Shown piece after piece: positions 16,201 to 30,330 of a DNA stretch of 64,000 bases; position 1 is the first letter of the stretch; each line of letters opens with the position of its first letter. The position numbers and the translations under genes are program-made. The notes under the pieces are model-generated. The model saw only the letters and a list, made by a program, of their open reading frames with translations, did no database searches and was not told where the DNA came from. Source of the DNA: Eledone cirrhosa (lineage: Eukaryota); contig OZ024743.1 of assembly GCA_964016885.1 (NCBI GenBank), positions 139,624,001 to 139,688,000 on the forward strand, given 5' to 3'.

Positions 16201-19200
16201 CCAAGCACCAAACAATAAGAACCAAGCACCAAGCACCAAACACCAAGCACCAAGCACCAAACACCAACCACCCAGCACCAAGCACCAAGCACCAAACACC
16301 AAGCACCAAACACCAAACACCAAACACCAAGCACCAAGCACCAAGCACCAAACACCAAGCACCAAGCACTAAGCACCAAACACCAAGCCCCAAGCACCAA
16401 GTACCAAACATCAAACACCAAGCACCAAGCACCAAACACCAAGCACCAAGAACCAAGCACCTAGCACCAAACACGAAACACCAAGCACCAAGCACCAAAC
16501 ACCAAGCACCAATCACCAAGCACCAAACACCAAGCAGCAAGCAGCAAGCACCAAACACCAAACACCAAGCACCAAGCACCAAACACCAAGCACCAAGGAC
16601 CAAACATCAAACACCAAGCACCAAGCACCAAACACCTAACACCAAGCACCAAGCACCAAGCACCAAGCACCGAACACCAAGCACATAACACCAAGCACCA
16701 AACACCAAGCACCAAGCACCAAACACCAAGCACCAAACACCAAGCACCAAGCACCAAGCACCAAACACCAAGCACTAGGCACCAAGCACCAAACACCAAG
16801 CACCATGCACCAAGCACCAAGCCCCAAACACTTAACACCAAGCACCAAGCACCAAGCACCAAACACCAATCACCAAACACCAAACTCCAAGCACCAAGCA
16901 CCAAACACCAAACAACAAGCACCAGGCACCAAGCACCAAACACCAAACACCAAACACCAAGCACGCAGCATCAAACACCAAGCACCAAGCACCAAGCACC
17001 AAACACCAAGCACCAAGCACGAAACACCAACCACGAAACACAAAGCTACAAGCACCAAACACCAAGCACCAAGCACCAAACACCAAGCACCAAGCACCAA
17101 ACACCAAACCCCCAAGCACCAAGCACCAAACACTAATCACCAAGCACCAAGCACCAAGCACCAAACACCAATCACCAAGCACCAAGCACCAAACACCAAG
17201 CACCAAGCACCAAACACCAAACACCAAGATCCAAAGACCAAGCACCAAGCCCCAAGCACCAAGCACCAAAAAATAAGCACCAAGCACCAAACACCAAGCA
17301 CCAAGCACCAAACACCAACCACCCAGCACCAAGCACCAAGCACCAAACACCAAGCACCAAACACCAAAAACCAAGCACCAAGCACCAAGCGCCAAGCACC
17401 AAACACCAAGCACCAAGCACTAAGCACCAAACACCAAGCCCCAAGCAGCAAGCACCAAACACCAAACACCAAGCACCAAGCACCAAACACCAAGCACCAA
17501 GCACCAAGCACCTAGCACCAAACACCAAACACCAAGCACCAAGCACCAAACACCAAGCACCAATCACCAAGCACCAAACACCAACCAGCAAGCAGCAAGC
17601 ACCAAACACCAAACACCAAGCACCAAGCACCAAACACCAAGCACCAAGGACCAAACATCAAACACCAAGCACCAAGCACCAAACACCTAACACCAAGCAC
17701 CAAGCACCAAGCACCAAGCACCGAACACCAAGCACCAAACACCAAGCACCAAACACCAAGCACCAAGCACCAAACACCAAGCACCAAACACCAAGCACCA
17801 AGCACCAAGTACCAAACACCAAGCACCAAGCACCAAGCACCAAACAATAAGAACCAAGCACCAAGCACCAAACACCAACCACCCAGCACCAAGCACCAAG
17901 CACCAAACACCAAGCACCAAACACCAAACACCAAACACCAAGCACCAAGCACCAAGCACCAAACACCAAGCACCAAGCACTAAGCACCAAACACCAAGCC
18001 CCAAGCACCAAGTACCAAACACCAAACACCAAGCACCAAGCACCAAACACCAAGCACCAAGCACCAAGCACCTAGCACCAAACACCAAACACCAAGCACC
18101 AAGCACCAAACACCAAGCACCAATCACCAAGCACCAAACACCAAGCAGCAAGCAGCAAGCACCAAACACCAAACACCAAGCACCAAGCACCAAACACCAA
18201 GCACCAAGGACCAAACATCAAACACCAAGCACCAAGCACCAAACACCTAACACCAAGCACCAAGCACCAAGCACCAAGCACCGAACACCAAGCACATAAC
18301 ACCAAGCACCAAACACCAAGCACCAAACACCAAGCACCAAGCACCAAGCACCAAACACCAAGCACCAGGCTCCAAGCACCAAGCCCCAAACACTTAACAC
18401 CAAGCACCAAGCACCAAGCACCAAACACCAATCACCAAAAACCAAACACCAAGCACCAAGTACCAAACACCAAGCACCAAGCACCAAACACCAAGCAGCA
18501 AGCACCAATCACCAAACACCAAGAACCAAGCACCAAACACCAAGCACCAAGCACCAAGCACCAGGCACCAAGCACCAAGCACCAAACACAAAACACCAAG
18601 CACCAAGCACCAAGCAGCAAACACCAAGCATCAAACACCAAACACCAAACACCAAGCACCAAGCACCAAGCAGCAAACAGCAAGCATCAAACACCAAACA
18701 CCAAACGCCAAGCACCAAACACCAAGCACCAAGCACCAAACACCAAACACCAAGCACCAAGCACCAAGCACCAAACACCAAACACCAAGCACCAAACACC
18801 AAACACCAAGCACCAAGCACCAAACACCAAACAACAAGCACCAAGCACCAAGCAAAAAACACCAAACACCAAGCACGCAGCATCAAACACCAAGCACCAA
18901 GCACCAAGCACCAAACACCAAGCACCAGGCACCAAGCACCAAGCCCCAAACACTTAACACCAAGCACCAAGCACCAAACACCAATCACCAAAAACCAAAC
19001 ACCAAGCACCAAGTACCAAACACCAAGCACCAAGCACCAAACACCAAGCAGCAAGCACCAATCACCAAACACCAAGCACCAAGCACCAAACACCAAACAC
19101 CAAGCACCAAGCACCAAGCACCAAACACCAAACACCAAGCACCAAACACCAAAAACCAAGCACCAACCACCAAACACCAAACAACAAGCACCAAGCACCA

Positions 19201-22200
19201 AGCAAAAAACACCAAACACCAAGCACGCAGCATCAAACACCAAGCACCAAGTACCAAACACCAAACACCAAGCACCAAACACCAAACACCAAGCACCAAT
19301 CCCCAAGCACGAAACACCAGGCACCAAGCACCAAGCACCAAACACCAAACACCAAGCACCAAACACCAGCCACCAAGCACCAAGCACCAAACACCAAACA
19401 CCAAGCACTAAGCACCAAACACCAAACAACAAGCACCAGGCACCAAGCACCAAACACCAAACACCAAGCACGCATCACCAAACACCAAGCACCAAGCACC
19501 AAGCACCAAAAACCAAGCACCAAGCACCAAGCACCAAACACCAGACACCAAACACCAAGCACCAAGAACCAAACACCAAACACCAAACAGCAAGCACCAA
19601 GCACCAAACACCAAGCACCAAACACCAAACCCCAAGGACCAATCACCAAACACTAATCACCAAGCACCAAGCACCAAACACCGAGCACCAAACACCAAGC
19701 ACCAAGCACCAAACACCAAACCCCAACCACCATAGACCAAGCACCAAGCACCAAGGAACAAACACCAAGCACCAAGCACCAAGCACCAAACACGCAGCAC
19801 CAAGCACCAAGCATCAAACAACAAGCACCAAGCACCAAACACCAAACACCAAACACCAAGCACCAAGCACTAAACAGCAAGCACCAAACACCAAACACCA
19901 AACAGCAAACAGCAAGCACGCATCACCAAACACCAAGCACCAAGCACCAAGCACCAAAAACCAAGCACCAAGCACCAAGCACCAAACACCAGACACCAAA
20001 CACCAAGCACCAAGAACCAAACACCAAACACCAAACAGCAAGCACCAAGCACCAAACACCAAGCACCAAACACCAAACCCCAAGGACCAATCACCAAACA
20101 CTAATCACCAAGCACCAAGCACCAAACACCGAGCACCAAACACCAAGCACCAAGCACCAAACACCAAACCCCAACCACCATAGACCAAGCACCAAGCACC
20201 AAGGAACAAACACCAAGCACCAAGCACCAAGCACCAAACACGCAGCACCAAGCACCAAGCATCAAACAACAAGCACCAAGCACCAAACACCAAACACCAA
20301 ACACCAAGCACCAAGAACCAAGCACCTAGCACCAAACACGAAACACCAAGCACCAAGCACCAAACACCAAGCACCAATCACCAAGCACCAAACACCAAGC
20401 AGCAAGCAGCAAGCACCAAACACCAAACACCAAGCACCAAGCACATAACACCAAGCACCAAACACCAAGCACCAAGCACCAAACACCAAGCACCAAACAC
20501 CAAGCACCAAGCACCAAGCACCAAACACCAAGCACTAGGCACCAAGCACCAAACACCAAGCACCATGCACCAAGCACCAAGCCCCAAACACTTAACACCA
20601 AGCACCAAGCACCAAGCACCAAACACCAATCACCAAACACCAAACTCCAAGCACCAAGCACCAAACACCAAACAACAAGCACCAGGCACCAAGCACCAAA
20701 CACCAAACACCAAGCACCAAGCACCAAACACCAAACACCAAGCACGCAGCATCAAACACCAAGCACCAAGCACCAAGCACCAAACACCAAGCACCAAGCA
20801 CGAAACACCAACCACCAAACACAAAGCTACAAGCACCAAACACCAAGCACCAAGCACCAAACACCAAGCACCAAGCACCAAACACCAAACCCCCAAGCAC
20901 CAAGCACCAAACACTAATCACCAAGCACCAAGCACCAAGCACCAAACACCAATCACCAAGCACCAAGCACCAAACACCAAGCACCAAGCACCAAACACCA
21001 AACACCAAGATCCAAAGACCAAGCACCAAGCCCCAAGCACCAAGCACCAAAAAATAAGCACCAAGCACCAAACACCAAGCACCAAGCACCAAACACCAAC
21101 CACCCAGCACCAAGCACCAAGCACCAAACACCAAGCACCAAACACCAAAAACCAAGCACCAAGCACCAAGCGCCAAGCACCAAACACCAAGCACCAAGCA
21201 CTAAGCACCAAACACCAAGCCCCAAGCAGCAAGCACCAAACACCAAACACCAAGCACCAAGCACCAAACACCAAGCACCAAGCACCAAGCACCTAGCACC
21301 AAACACCAAACACCAAGCACCAAGCACCAAACACCAAGCACCAATCACCAAGCACCAAACACCAACCAGCAAGCAGCAAGCACCAAACACCAAACACCAA
21401 GCACCAAGCACCAAACACCAAGCACCAAGGACCAAACATCAAACACCAAGCACCAAGCACCAAACACCTAACACCAAGCACCAAGCACCAAGCACCAAGC
21501 ACCGAACACCAAGCACCAAACACCAAGCACCAAACACCAAGCACCAAGCACCAAACACCAAGCACCAAACACCAAACACCAAGCACCAAGCACCAAGCAC
21601 CAAACACCAAGCACCAAGCACTAAGCACCAAACACCAAGCCCCAAGCACCAAGTACCAAACACCAAGCACCAAGCACCAAGCACCAAACAATAAGAACCA
21701 AGCACCAAGCACCAAACACCAAGCACCAAGCACCAAACACCAACCACCCAGCACCAAGCACCAAGCACCAAACACCAAGCACCAAACACCAAACACCAAA
21801 CACCAAGCACCAAGCACCAAGCACCAAACACCAAGCACCAAGCACTAAGCACCAAACACCAAGCCCCAAGCACCAAGTACCAAACACCAAACACCAAGCA
21901 CCAAGCACCAAACACCAAGCACCAAGCACCAAGCACCTAGCACCAAACACCAAACACCAAGCACCAAGCACCAAACACCAAGCACCAATCACCAAGCACC
22001 AAACACCAAGCAGCAAGCAGCAAGCACCAAACACCAAACACCAAGCACCAAGCACCAAACACCAAGCACCAAGGACCAAACATCAAACACCAAGCACCAA
22101 GCACCAAACACCTAACACCAAGCACCAAGCACCAAGCACCAAGCACCGAACACCAAGCACATAACACCAAGCACCAAACACCAAGCACCAAACACCAAGC

Positions 22201-25200
22201 ACCAAGCACCAAGCACCAAACACCAAGCACCAGGCTCCAAGCACCAAGCCCCAAACACTTAACACCAAGCACCAAGCACCAAGCACCAAACACCAATCAC
22301 CAAAAACCAAACACCAAGCACCAAGTACCAAACACCAAGCACCAAGCACCAAACACCAAGCAGCAAGCACCAATCACCAAACACCAAGAACCAAGCACCA
22401 AACACCAAGCACCAAGCACCAAGCACCAGGCACCAAGCACCAAGCACCAAACACAAAACACCAAGCACCAAGCACCAAGCAGCAAACACCAAGCATCAAA
22501 CACCAAACACCAAACACCAAGCACCAAGCACCAAGCAGCAAACAGCAAGCATCAAACACCAAACACCAAACGCCAAGCACCAAACACCAAGCACCAAGCA
22601 CCAAACACCAAACACCAAGCACCAAGCACCAAGCACCAAACACCAAACACCAAGCACCAAACACCAAACACCAAGCACCAAGCACCAAACACCAAACAAC
22701 AAGCACCAAGCACCAAGCAAAAAACACCAAACACCAAGCACGCAGCATCAAACACCAAGCACCAAGCACCAAGCACCAAACACCAAGCACCAGGCACCAA
22801 GCACCAAGCCCCAAACACTTAACACCAAGCACCAAGCACCAAACACCAATCACCAAAAACCAAACACCAAGCACCAAGTACCAAACACCAAGCACCAAGC
22901 ACCAAACACCAAGCAGCAAGCACCAATCACCAAACACCAAGCACCAAGCACCAAACACCAAACACCAAGCACCAAGCACCAAGCACCAAACACCAAACAC
23001 CAAGCACCAAACACCAAAAACCAAGCACCAACCACCAAACACCAAACAACAAGCACCAAGCACCAAGCAAAAAACACCAAACACCAAGCACGCAGCATCA
23101 AACACCAAGCACCAAGTACCAAACACCAAACACCAAGCACCAAACACCAAACACCAAGCACCAATCCCCAAGCACGAAACACCAGGCACCAAGCACCAAG
23201 CACCAAACACCAAACACCAAGCACCAAACACCAGCCACCAAGCACCAAGCACCAAACACCAAACACCAAGCACTAAGCACCAAACACCAAACAACAAGCA
23301 CCAGGCACCAAGCACCAAACACCAAACACCAAGCACGCATCACCAAACACCAAGCACCAAGCACCAAGCACCAAAAACCAAGCACCAAGCACCAAGCACC
23401 AAACACCAGACACCAAACACCAAGCACCAAGAACCAAACACCAAACACCAAACAGCAAGCACCAAGCACCAAACACCAAGCACCAAACACCAAACCCCAA
23501 GGACCAATCACCAAACACTAATCACCAAGCACCAAGCACCAAACACCGAGCACCAAACACCAAGCACCAAGCACCAAACACCAAACCCCAACCACCATAG
23601 ACCAAGCACCAAGCACCAAGGAACAAACACCAAGCACCAAGCACCAAGCACCAAACACGCAGCACCAAGCACCAAGCATCAAACAACAAGCACCAAGCAC
23701 CAAACACCAAACACCAAACACCAAGCACCAAGCACTAAACAGCAAGCACCAAACACCAAACACCAAACAGCAAACACCAAACAGCAAACACCAAACACCA
23801 AACAGCAAACAGCAAACGCCAAACACCAAGCACCAAGCACCAAGCACCAAACACCAAGCACCAAGCTCCAAGCACAAAACACCAAACACCAAGCACCAAG
23901 GACCAAACATCAAACACCAAGCACCAAGCACCAAACACCAAACACCAAGCACCAAACACCAAGCACCAAACACCAAGCACCAAACACCAAGCACCAAACA
24001 CCAAACACCAAGCACCAAGCACCAAGCACCAAACACCAAGCACCAAACACCAAGTCCCACGCACCAAGCAGCAAACACCAAGCACCAAGCCCCAAGCACC
24101 AAACACCAAGCACCAAGCACCAAGCCCCTAGCACCAAACACCAAACACCAAGCACCAAGCACAAAACACCAAGCACCAATCACCAAGCACCAAACACCAA
24201 GCAGCAAGCAGCAAGCACCAAACACCAAACACCAAGCACCAAGCACCAAATACCAAACACCAAGCACCAAGGACCAAACATCAAACACCAAGCACCAAGC
24301 ACCAAACGCCTAACACCAAGCACCAAGCACCAAGCACCAAGCACCAAGCACCAAACACCAAGTACCAATCACCAACCACCAAGCACCAAGCACCAAACAC
24401 CAAGCACCAGGCACCAAGCACCAAACACCAAGCACCAAGCACCAAACACCAAGCACCAAGACCGAAGCACCAAACACCAAGCACCAAGCACAAAGCACCA
24501 AGCACCAAGCACCAAAAACCAAACACCAAGCACCAAGTACCAAACACCAAGCACCAAGCACCAAACACCAAGCACCAAGCACCAATCACCAAACACCAAG
24601 AACCAAGCACCAAACACCAAGCACCAAGCACCAAGCACCAGGCACCAAGCACCAAGCACCAAACACAAAACACCAAGCACCAAGCACCAAGCAGCAAACA
24701 CCAAGCATCAAACACCAAACACCAAACACCAAGCACCAAACACCAAGCACCAAGCACCAAGCACCAAGCACCAAACACCAAACACCAAGCAACAAACACC
24801 AGATACCAAGCACCAAGCACCAAACACCAAACACCAAGCACCAAGCACCAAACACCAAACACCAAGCACGCAGCATTAAACACCAAGCACCAAGCACCAA
24901 GCACCAAACACCAAGCACCAAGCACCAAACACCAACCACCAAACACAAAGCACAAAGCATCAAACACCAAGCACCAAGCACCAAACACCAAGCACCAAGT
25001 ACCAAACACCAAACCCCAAGCACCAAGCACCAAACACTAATCACCAAGCACCAAGCACCAAACAACAAGCACCAAGCACCAAGCACCAGGCACCAAGCAC
25101 CAAGCACCAAACACTAATCACCAAGCACCAAGCACCAAACGCCACGCACCAAGCACCAAGCACCAAACACCAAGCACCAAGCACCAAACACCAAACACCA

Positions 25201-28200
25201 AGGTCCAAAGACCAAGCACCAAGCCCCAATCACCAAGCATCAAAAAATAAGCACCAAGCACCAAACACCAAGCACCAAGCACCAAACACCAACCACCCAG
25301 CACCAAGCACCAAGCACCAAACACCAAGCACCAAACACCAAACACCAAACACCAAGCACCAAGCACCAAGCGCCAAGCACCAAACACCAAGCACCAAGCA
25401 CTAAGCACCAAACACCAAGCCCCAAGCAGCAAGCACCAAACACCAAACACCAAGCACCAAGCACCAAACACCAAGCACCAAGCACCAAGCACCTAGCACC
25501 AAACACCAAACACCAAGCACCAAGCACCAAACACCAAGCACCAATCACCAAGCACCAAACACCAAGCAGCAAGCAGCAAGCACCAAACACCAAACACCAA
25601 GCACCAAGCACCAAACACCAAGCACCAAGGACCAAACATCAAACACCAAGCACCAAGCACCAAACACCTAACACCAAGCACCAAGCACAAGCAACAAGCA
25701 CCGAACACCAAGCACATAACACCAAGCACCAAACACCAAGCACCAAGCACCCAACACCAAGCACCAAACACCAAGCACCAAGCACCAAGCACCAAACACC
25801 AAGCACCAGGCACCAAGCACCAAACACCAAGCACCATGCACCAAGCACCAAGCCCCAAACACTTAACACCAAGCACCAAGCACCAAGCACCAAACACCAA
25901 TCACCAAAAACCAAACACCAAGCACCAAGTACCAAACACCAAACACCAAGCACCAAACACCAAGCAGCAAGCACAAATCACCAAACACCAAGAACCAAGC
26001 ACCAAACACCAAGCACCAAGCACCAAGCACCAGGCACCAAGCACCAAGCACCAAACACAAAACACCAAGCACCAAGCACCAAGCAGCAAACACCAAGCGT
26101 CAAACACCAAACACCAAACACCAAGCACCAAGCACCAAGCAGCAAACAGCAAGCATCAAACACCAAACACCAAACACCAAGCACCAAACTCCAAGCACCA
26201 AGCACCAAACACCAAACACCAAGCACCAAGCACCAAACACCAACCACCAAGCACCAAACACCAAACACCAAGCACCAAGCACCAAACACCAAACAACAAG
26301 CACCAAGCACCAAGCAAAAAACACCAAACACCAAGCACCAAGCACCAAGCACCAAACACCAAGCACCAAGCACCAAGCACTAAGTACCAAACACCAAACA
26401 CCAAGCACCAATCACCAAACACCAAGCACCAAACACCAAACACCAAGCACTAAGCACCAAACACCAAACAACAAGCACCAGGCACCAAGCACCAAACACC
26501 AAACACCCAGCACGCATCACCAAACACCAAGCACCAAGCACCAAGCACCAAAAACCAAGCACCAAGCACCAAGCACCAAACACCAAACACCAAACACCAA
26601 GCACCAAGAACCAAACACCAAACACCAAACAGCAAGCACCAAGCACCAAACACCAAGCACCAAACACCAAACCCCAAGCACCAATCACCAAACACTAATC
26701 ACCAAGCACCAAGCACCAAACACCAAGCACCAAACACCAAGCACCAAACACCAAGCAGCAAGCAGCAAGCACCAAACACCAAACACCAAGCACCAAGCAC
26801 CAAACACCAAGCACCAAGGACCAAACATCAAACACCAAGCACCAAGCACCAAACACCAAGCACCAAGAACCAAGCACCTAGCACCAAACACCAAACACCA
26901 AGCACCAAGCACCAAACACCAAGCACCAATCACCAAGCACCAAACACCAAGCAGCAAGCAGCAAGCACCAAACACCAAACACCAAGCACCAAGCACCAAA
27001 CACCAAGCACCAAGGACCAAACATCAAACACCAAGCACCAAGCACCAAACACCTAACACCAAGCACCAAGCACCAAGCACCAAGCACCGAACACCAAGCA
27101 CATAACACCAAGCACCAAACACCAAGCACCAAGCACCAAACACCAAGCACCAAACACCAAGCACCAAGCACTAAGCACCAAACACCAAGCACTAGGCACC
27201 AAGCACCAAACACCAAGCACCATGCACCAAGCACCAAGCCCCAAACACTTAACACCAAGCACCAAGCACCAAGCACCAAACACCAATCACCAAACACCAA
27301 ACTCCAAGCACCAAGCACCAAGCACCAAACAACAAGCACCAGGCACCAAGCACCAAACACCAAACACCAAGCACCAAGCACCAAACACCAAACACCAAGC
27401 ACGCAGCATCAAACACCAAGCACCAAGCACCAAGCACCAAACACCAAGCACCAAGCACGAAACACCAACCACCAAACACAAAGCACCAAGCACCAAACAC
27501 CAAGCACCAAGCACCAAACACCAAGCACCAAGCACCAAACACCAAACCCCCAAGCACCAAGCACCAAACACTAATCACCAAGCACCAAGCACCAAGCACC
27601 AAACACCAATCACCAAGCACCAAGCACCAAACACCAAGCACCAAGCACCAAACACCAAACACCAAGATCCAAAGACCAAGCACCAAGCCCCAAGCACCAA
27701 GCACCAAAAAATAAGCACCAAGCACCAAACACCAAGCACCAAGCACCAAACACCAACCACCCAGCACCAAGCACCAAGCACCAAACACCAAGCACCAAAC
27801 ACCAAACACCAAGCACCAAGCACCAAGCGCCAAGCACCAAACACCAAGCACCAAGCACTAAGCACCAAACACCAAGCCCCAAGCAGCAAGCACCAAACAC
27901 CAAACACCAAGCACCAAGCACCAAACACCAAGCACCAAGCACCAAGCACCTAGCACCAAACACCAAACACCAAGCACCAAGCACCAAACACCAAGCACCA
28001 ATCACCAAGCACCAAACACCAACCAGCAAGCAGCAAGCACCAAACACCAAACACCAAACACCAAGCACCAAGCACCAAACACCAAGCACCAAGGACCAAA
28101 CATCAAACACCAAGCACCAAGCACCAAACACCTAACACCAAGCACCAAGCACCAAGCACCAAGCACCGAACACCAAGCACCAAACACCAAGCACCAAACA

Positions 28201-30330
28201 CCAAGCACCAAGCACCAAACACCAAGCACCAAACACCAAGCACCAAGCACCAAGTACCAAACACCAAGCACCAAGCACCAAGCACCAAACAATAAGAACC
28301 AAGCACCAAGCACCAAACACCAAGCACCAAGCACCAAACACCAACCACCCAGCACCAAGCACCAAGCACCAAACACCAAGCACCAAACACCAAACACCAA
28401 ACACCAAGCACCAAGCACCAAGCACCAAACACCAAGCACCAAGCACTAAGCACCAAACACCAAGCCCCAAGCACCAAGTACCAAACACCAAACACCAAGC
28501 ACCAAGCACCAAACACCAAGCACCAAGCACCAAGCACCTAGCACCAAACACCAAACACCAAGCACCAAGCACCAAACACCAAGCACCAATCACCAAGCAC
28601 CAAACACCAAGCAGCAAGCAGCAAGCACCAAACACCAAACACCAAGCACCAAGCACCAAACACCAAGCACCAAGGACCAAATATCAAACACCAAGCACCA
28701 AGCACCAAACACCTAACACCAAGCACCAAGCACCAAGCACCAAGCACCGAACACCAAGCACATAACACCAAGCACCAAACACCAAGCACCAAACACCAAG
28801 CACCAAGCACCAAGCACCAAACACCAAGCACCAGGCTCCAAGCACCAAGCCCCAAACACTTAACACCAAGCACCAAGCACCAAGCACCAAACACCAATCA
28901 CCAAAAACCAAACACCAAGCACCAAGTACCAAACACCAAGCACCAAGCACCAAACACCAAGCAGCAAGCACCAATCACCAAACACCAAGAACCAAGCACC
29001 AAACACCAAGCACCAAGCACCAAGCACCAGGCACCAAGCACCAAGCACCAAACACAAAACACCAAGCACCAAGCACCAAGCAGCAAACACCAAGCATCAA
29101 ACACCAAACACCAAACACCAAGCACCAAGCACCAAGCAGCAAACAGCAAGCATCAAACACCAAACACCAAACGCCAAGCACCAAACACCAAGCACCAAGC
29201 ACCAAACACCAAACACCAAGCACCAAGCACCAAGCACCAAACACCAAACACCAAGCACCAAACACCAAACACCAAGCACCAAGCACCAAACACCAAACAA
29301 CAAGCACCAAGCACCAAGCAAAAAACACCAAACACCAAGCACGCAGCATCAAACACCAAGCACCAAGCACCAAGCACCAAACACTAAGCACCAGGCACCA
29401 AGCACCAAGCCCCAAACACTTAACACCAAGCACCAAGCACCAAACACCAATCACCAAAAACCAAACACCAAGCACCAAGTACCAAACACCAAGCACCAAG
29501 CACCAAACACCAAGCAGCAAGCACCAATCACCAAACACCAAGCACCAAGCACCAAACACCAAACACCAAGCACCAAGCACCAAGCACCAAACACCAAACA
29601 CCAAGCACCAAACACCAAAAACCAAGCACCAACCACCAAACACCAAACAACAAGCACCAAGCACCAAGCAAAAAACACCAAACACCAAGCACGCAGCATC
29701 AAACACCAAGCACCAAGTACCAAACACCAAACACCAAGCACCAAACACCAAACACCAAGCACCAATCCCCAAGCACGAAACACCAGGCACCAAGCACCAA
29801 GCACCAAACACCAAACACCAAGCACCAAACACCAGCCACCAAGCACCAAGCACCAAACACCAAACACCAAGCACTAAGCACCAAACACCAAACAACAAGC
29901 ACCAGGCACCAAGCACCAAACACCAAACACCAAGCACGCATCACCAAACACCAAGCACCAAGCACCAAGCACCAAAAACCAAGCACCAAGCACCAAGCAC
30001 CAAACACCAGACACCAAACACCAAGCACCAAGAACCAAACACCAAACACCAAACACCAAACCCCAAGGACCAATCACCAAACACTAATCACCAAGCACCA
30101 AGCACCAAACACCGAGCACCAAACACCAAGCACCAAGCACCAAACACCAAACCCCAACCACCATAGACCAAGCACCAAGCACCAAGGAACAAACACCAAG
30201 CACCAAGCACCAAGCACCAAACACGCAGCACCAAGCACCAAGCATCAAACAACAAGCACCAAGCACCAAACACCAAACACCAAACACCAAGCACCAAGCA
30301 CTAAACAGCAAGCACCAAACACCAAACACC
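9700..30330 (+). repeat. ~1.9-kb block present in four near-identical copies (starting ~9700, ~18005, ~21870, ~28470)
   Basis: Near-identical 320-aa repeat translations at 10204, 18509, 22374 and 28975, and 119-aa ones at 9767, 18072, 21937 and 28538. Offsets are 8305, 3865 (= 552x7 + 1) and 6601 (= 943x7). Confidence 0.92.
11160..12030 (+). repeat. 483-bp (69-unit) offset local duplication (also present in copy 2 at ~19465-20300)
   Basis: Markers CACGCAT, CACCAGA, CCCCAAC-CACCATA-GACCAAG and GAACAAA repeat. ORF ends 11344/11827 and 11348/11831 differ by 483 = 69x7. Confidence 0.85.

Larger units (their letters stand above)
4930..21420 (+). repeat. ~8.3-kb higher-order tandem duplication (copy 1 ~4930-13255, copy 2 ~13255-21420)
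   Basis: The rare string CGCCAAG-CCCCAAG-CACGAAG-TACCAAA occurs at ~4967 and ~13293. ORF pairs 5055/13381, 5726/14052 and 7729/16055 have offset 8326 (= 1189x7 + 3 insertions). The offset then steps to 8305 (8832/17137), 8270 (11835/20105) and 8165 (12400/20565). Confidence 0.93.
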
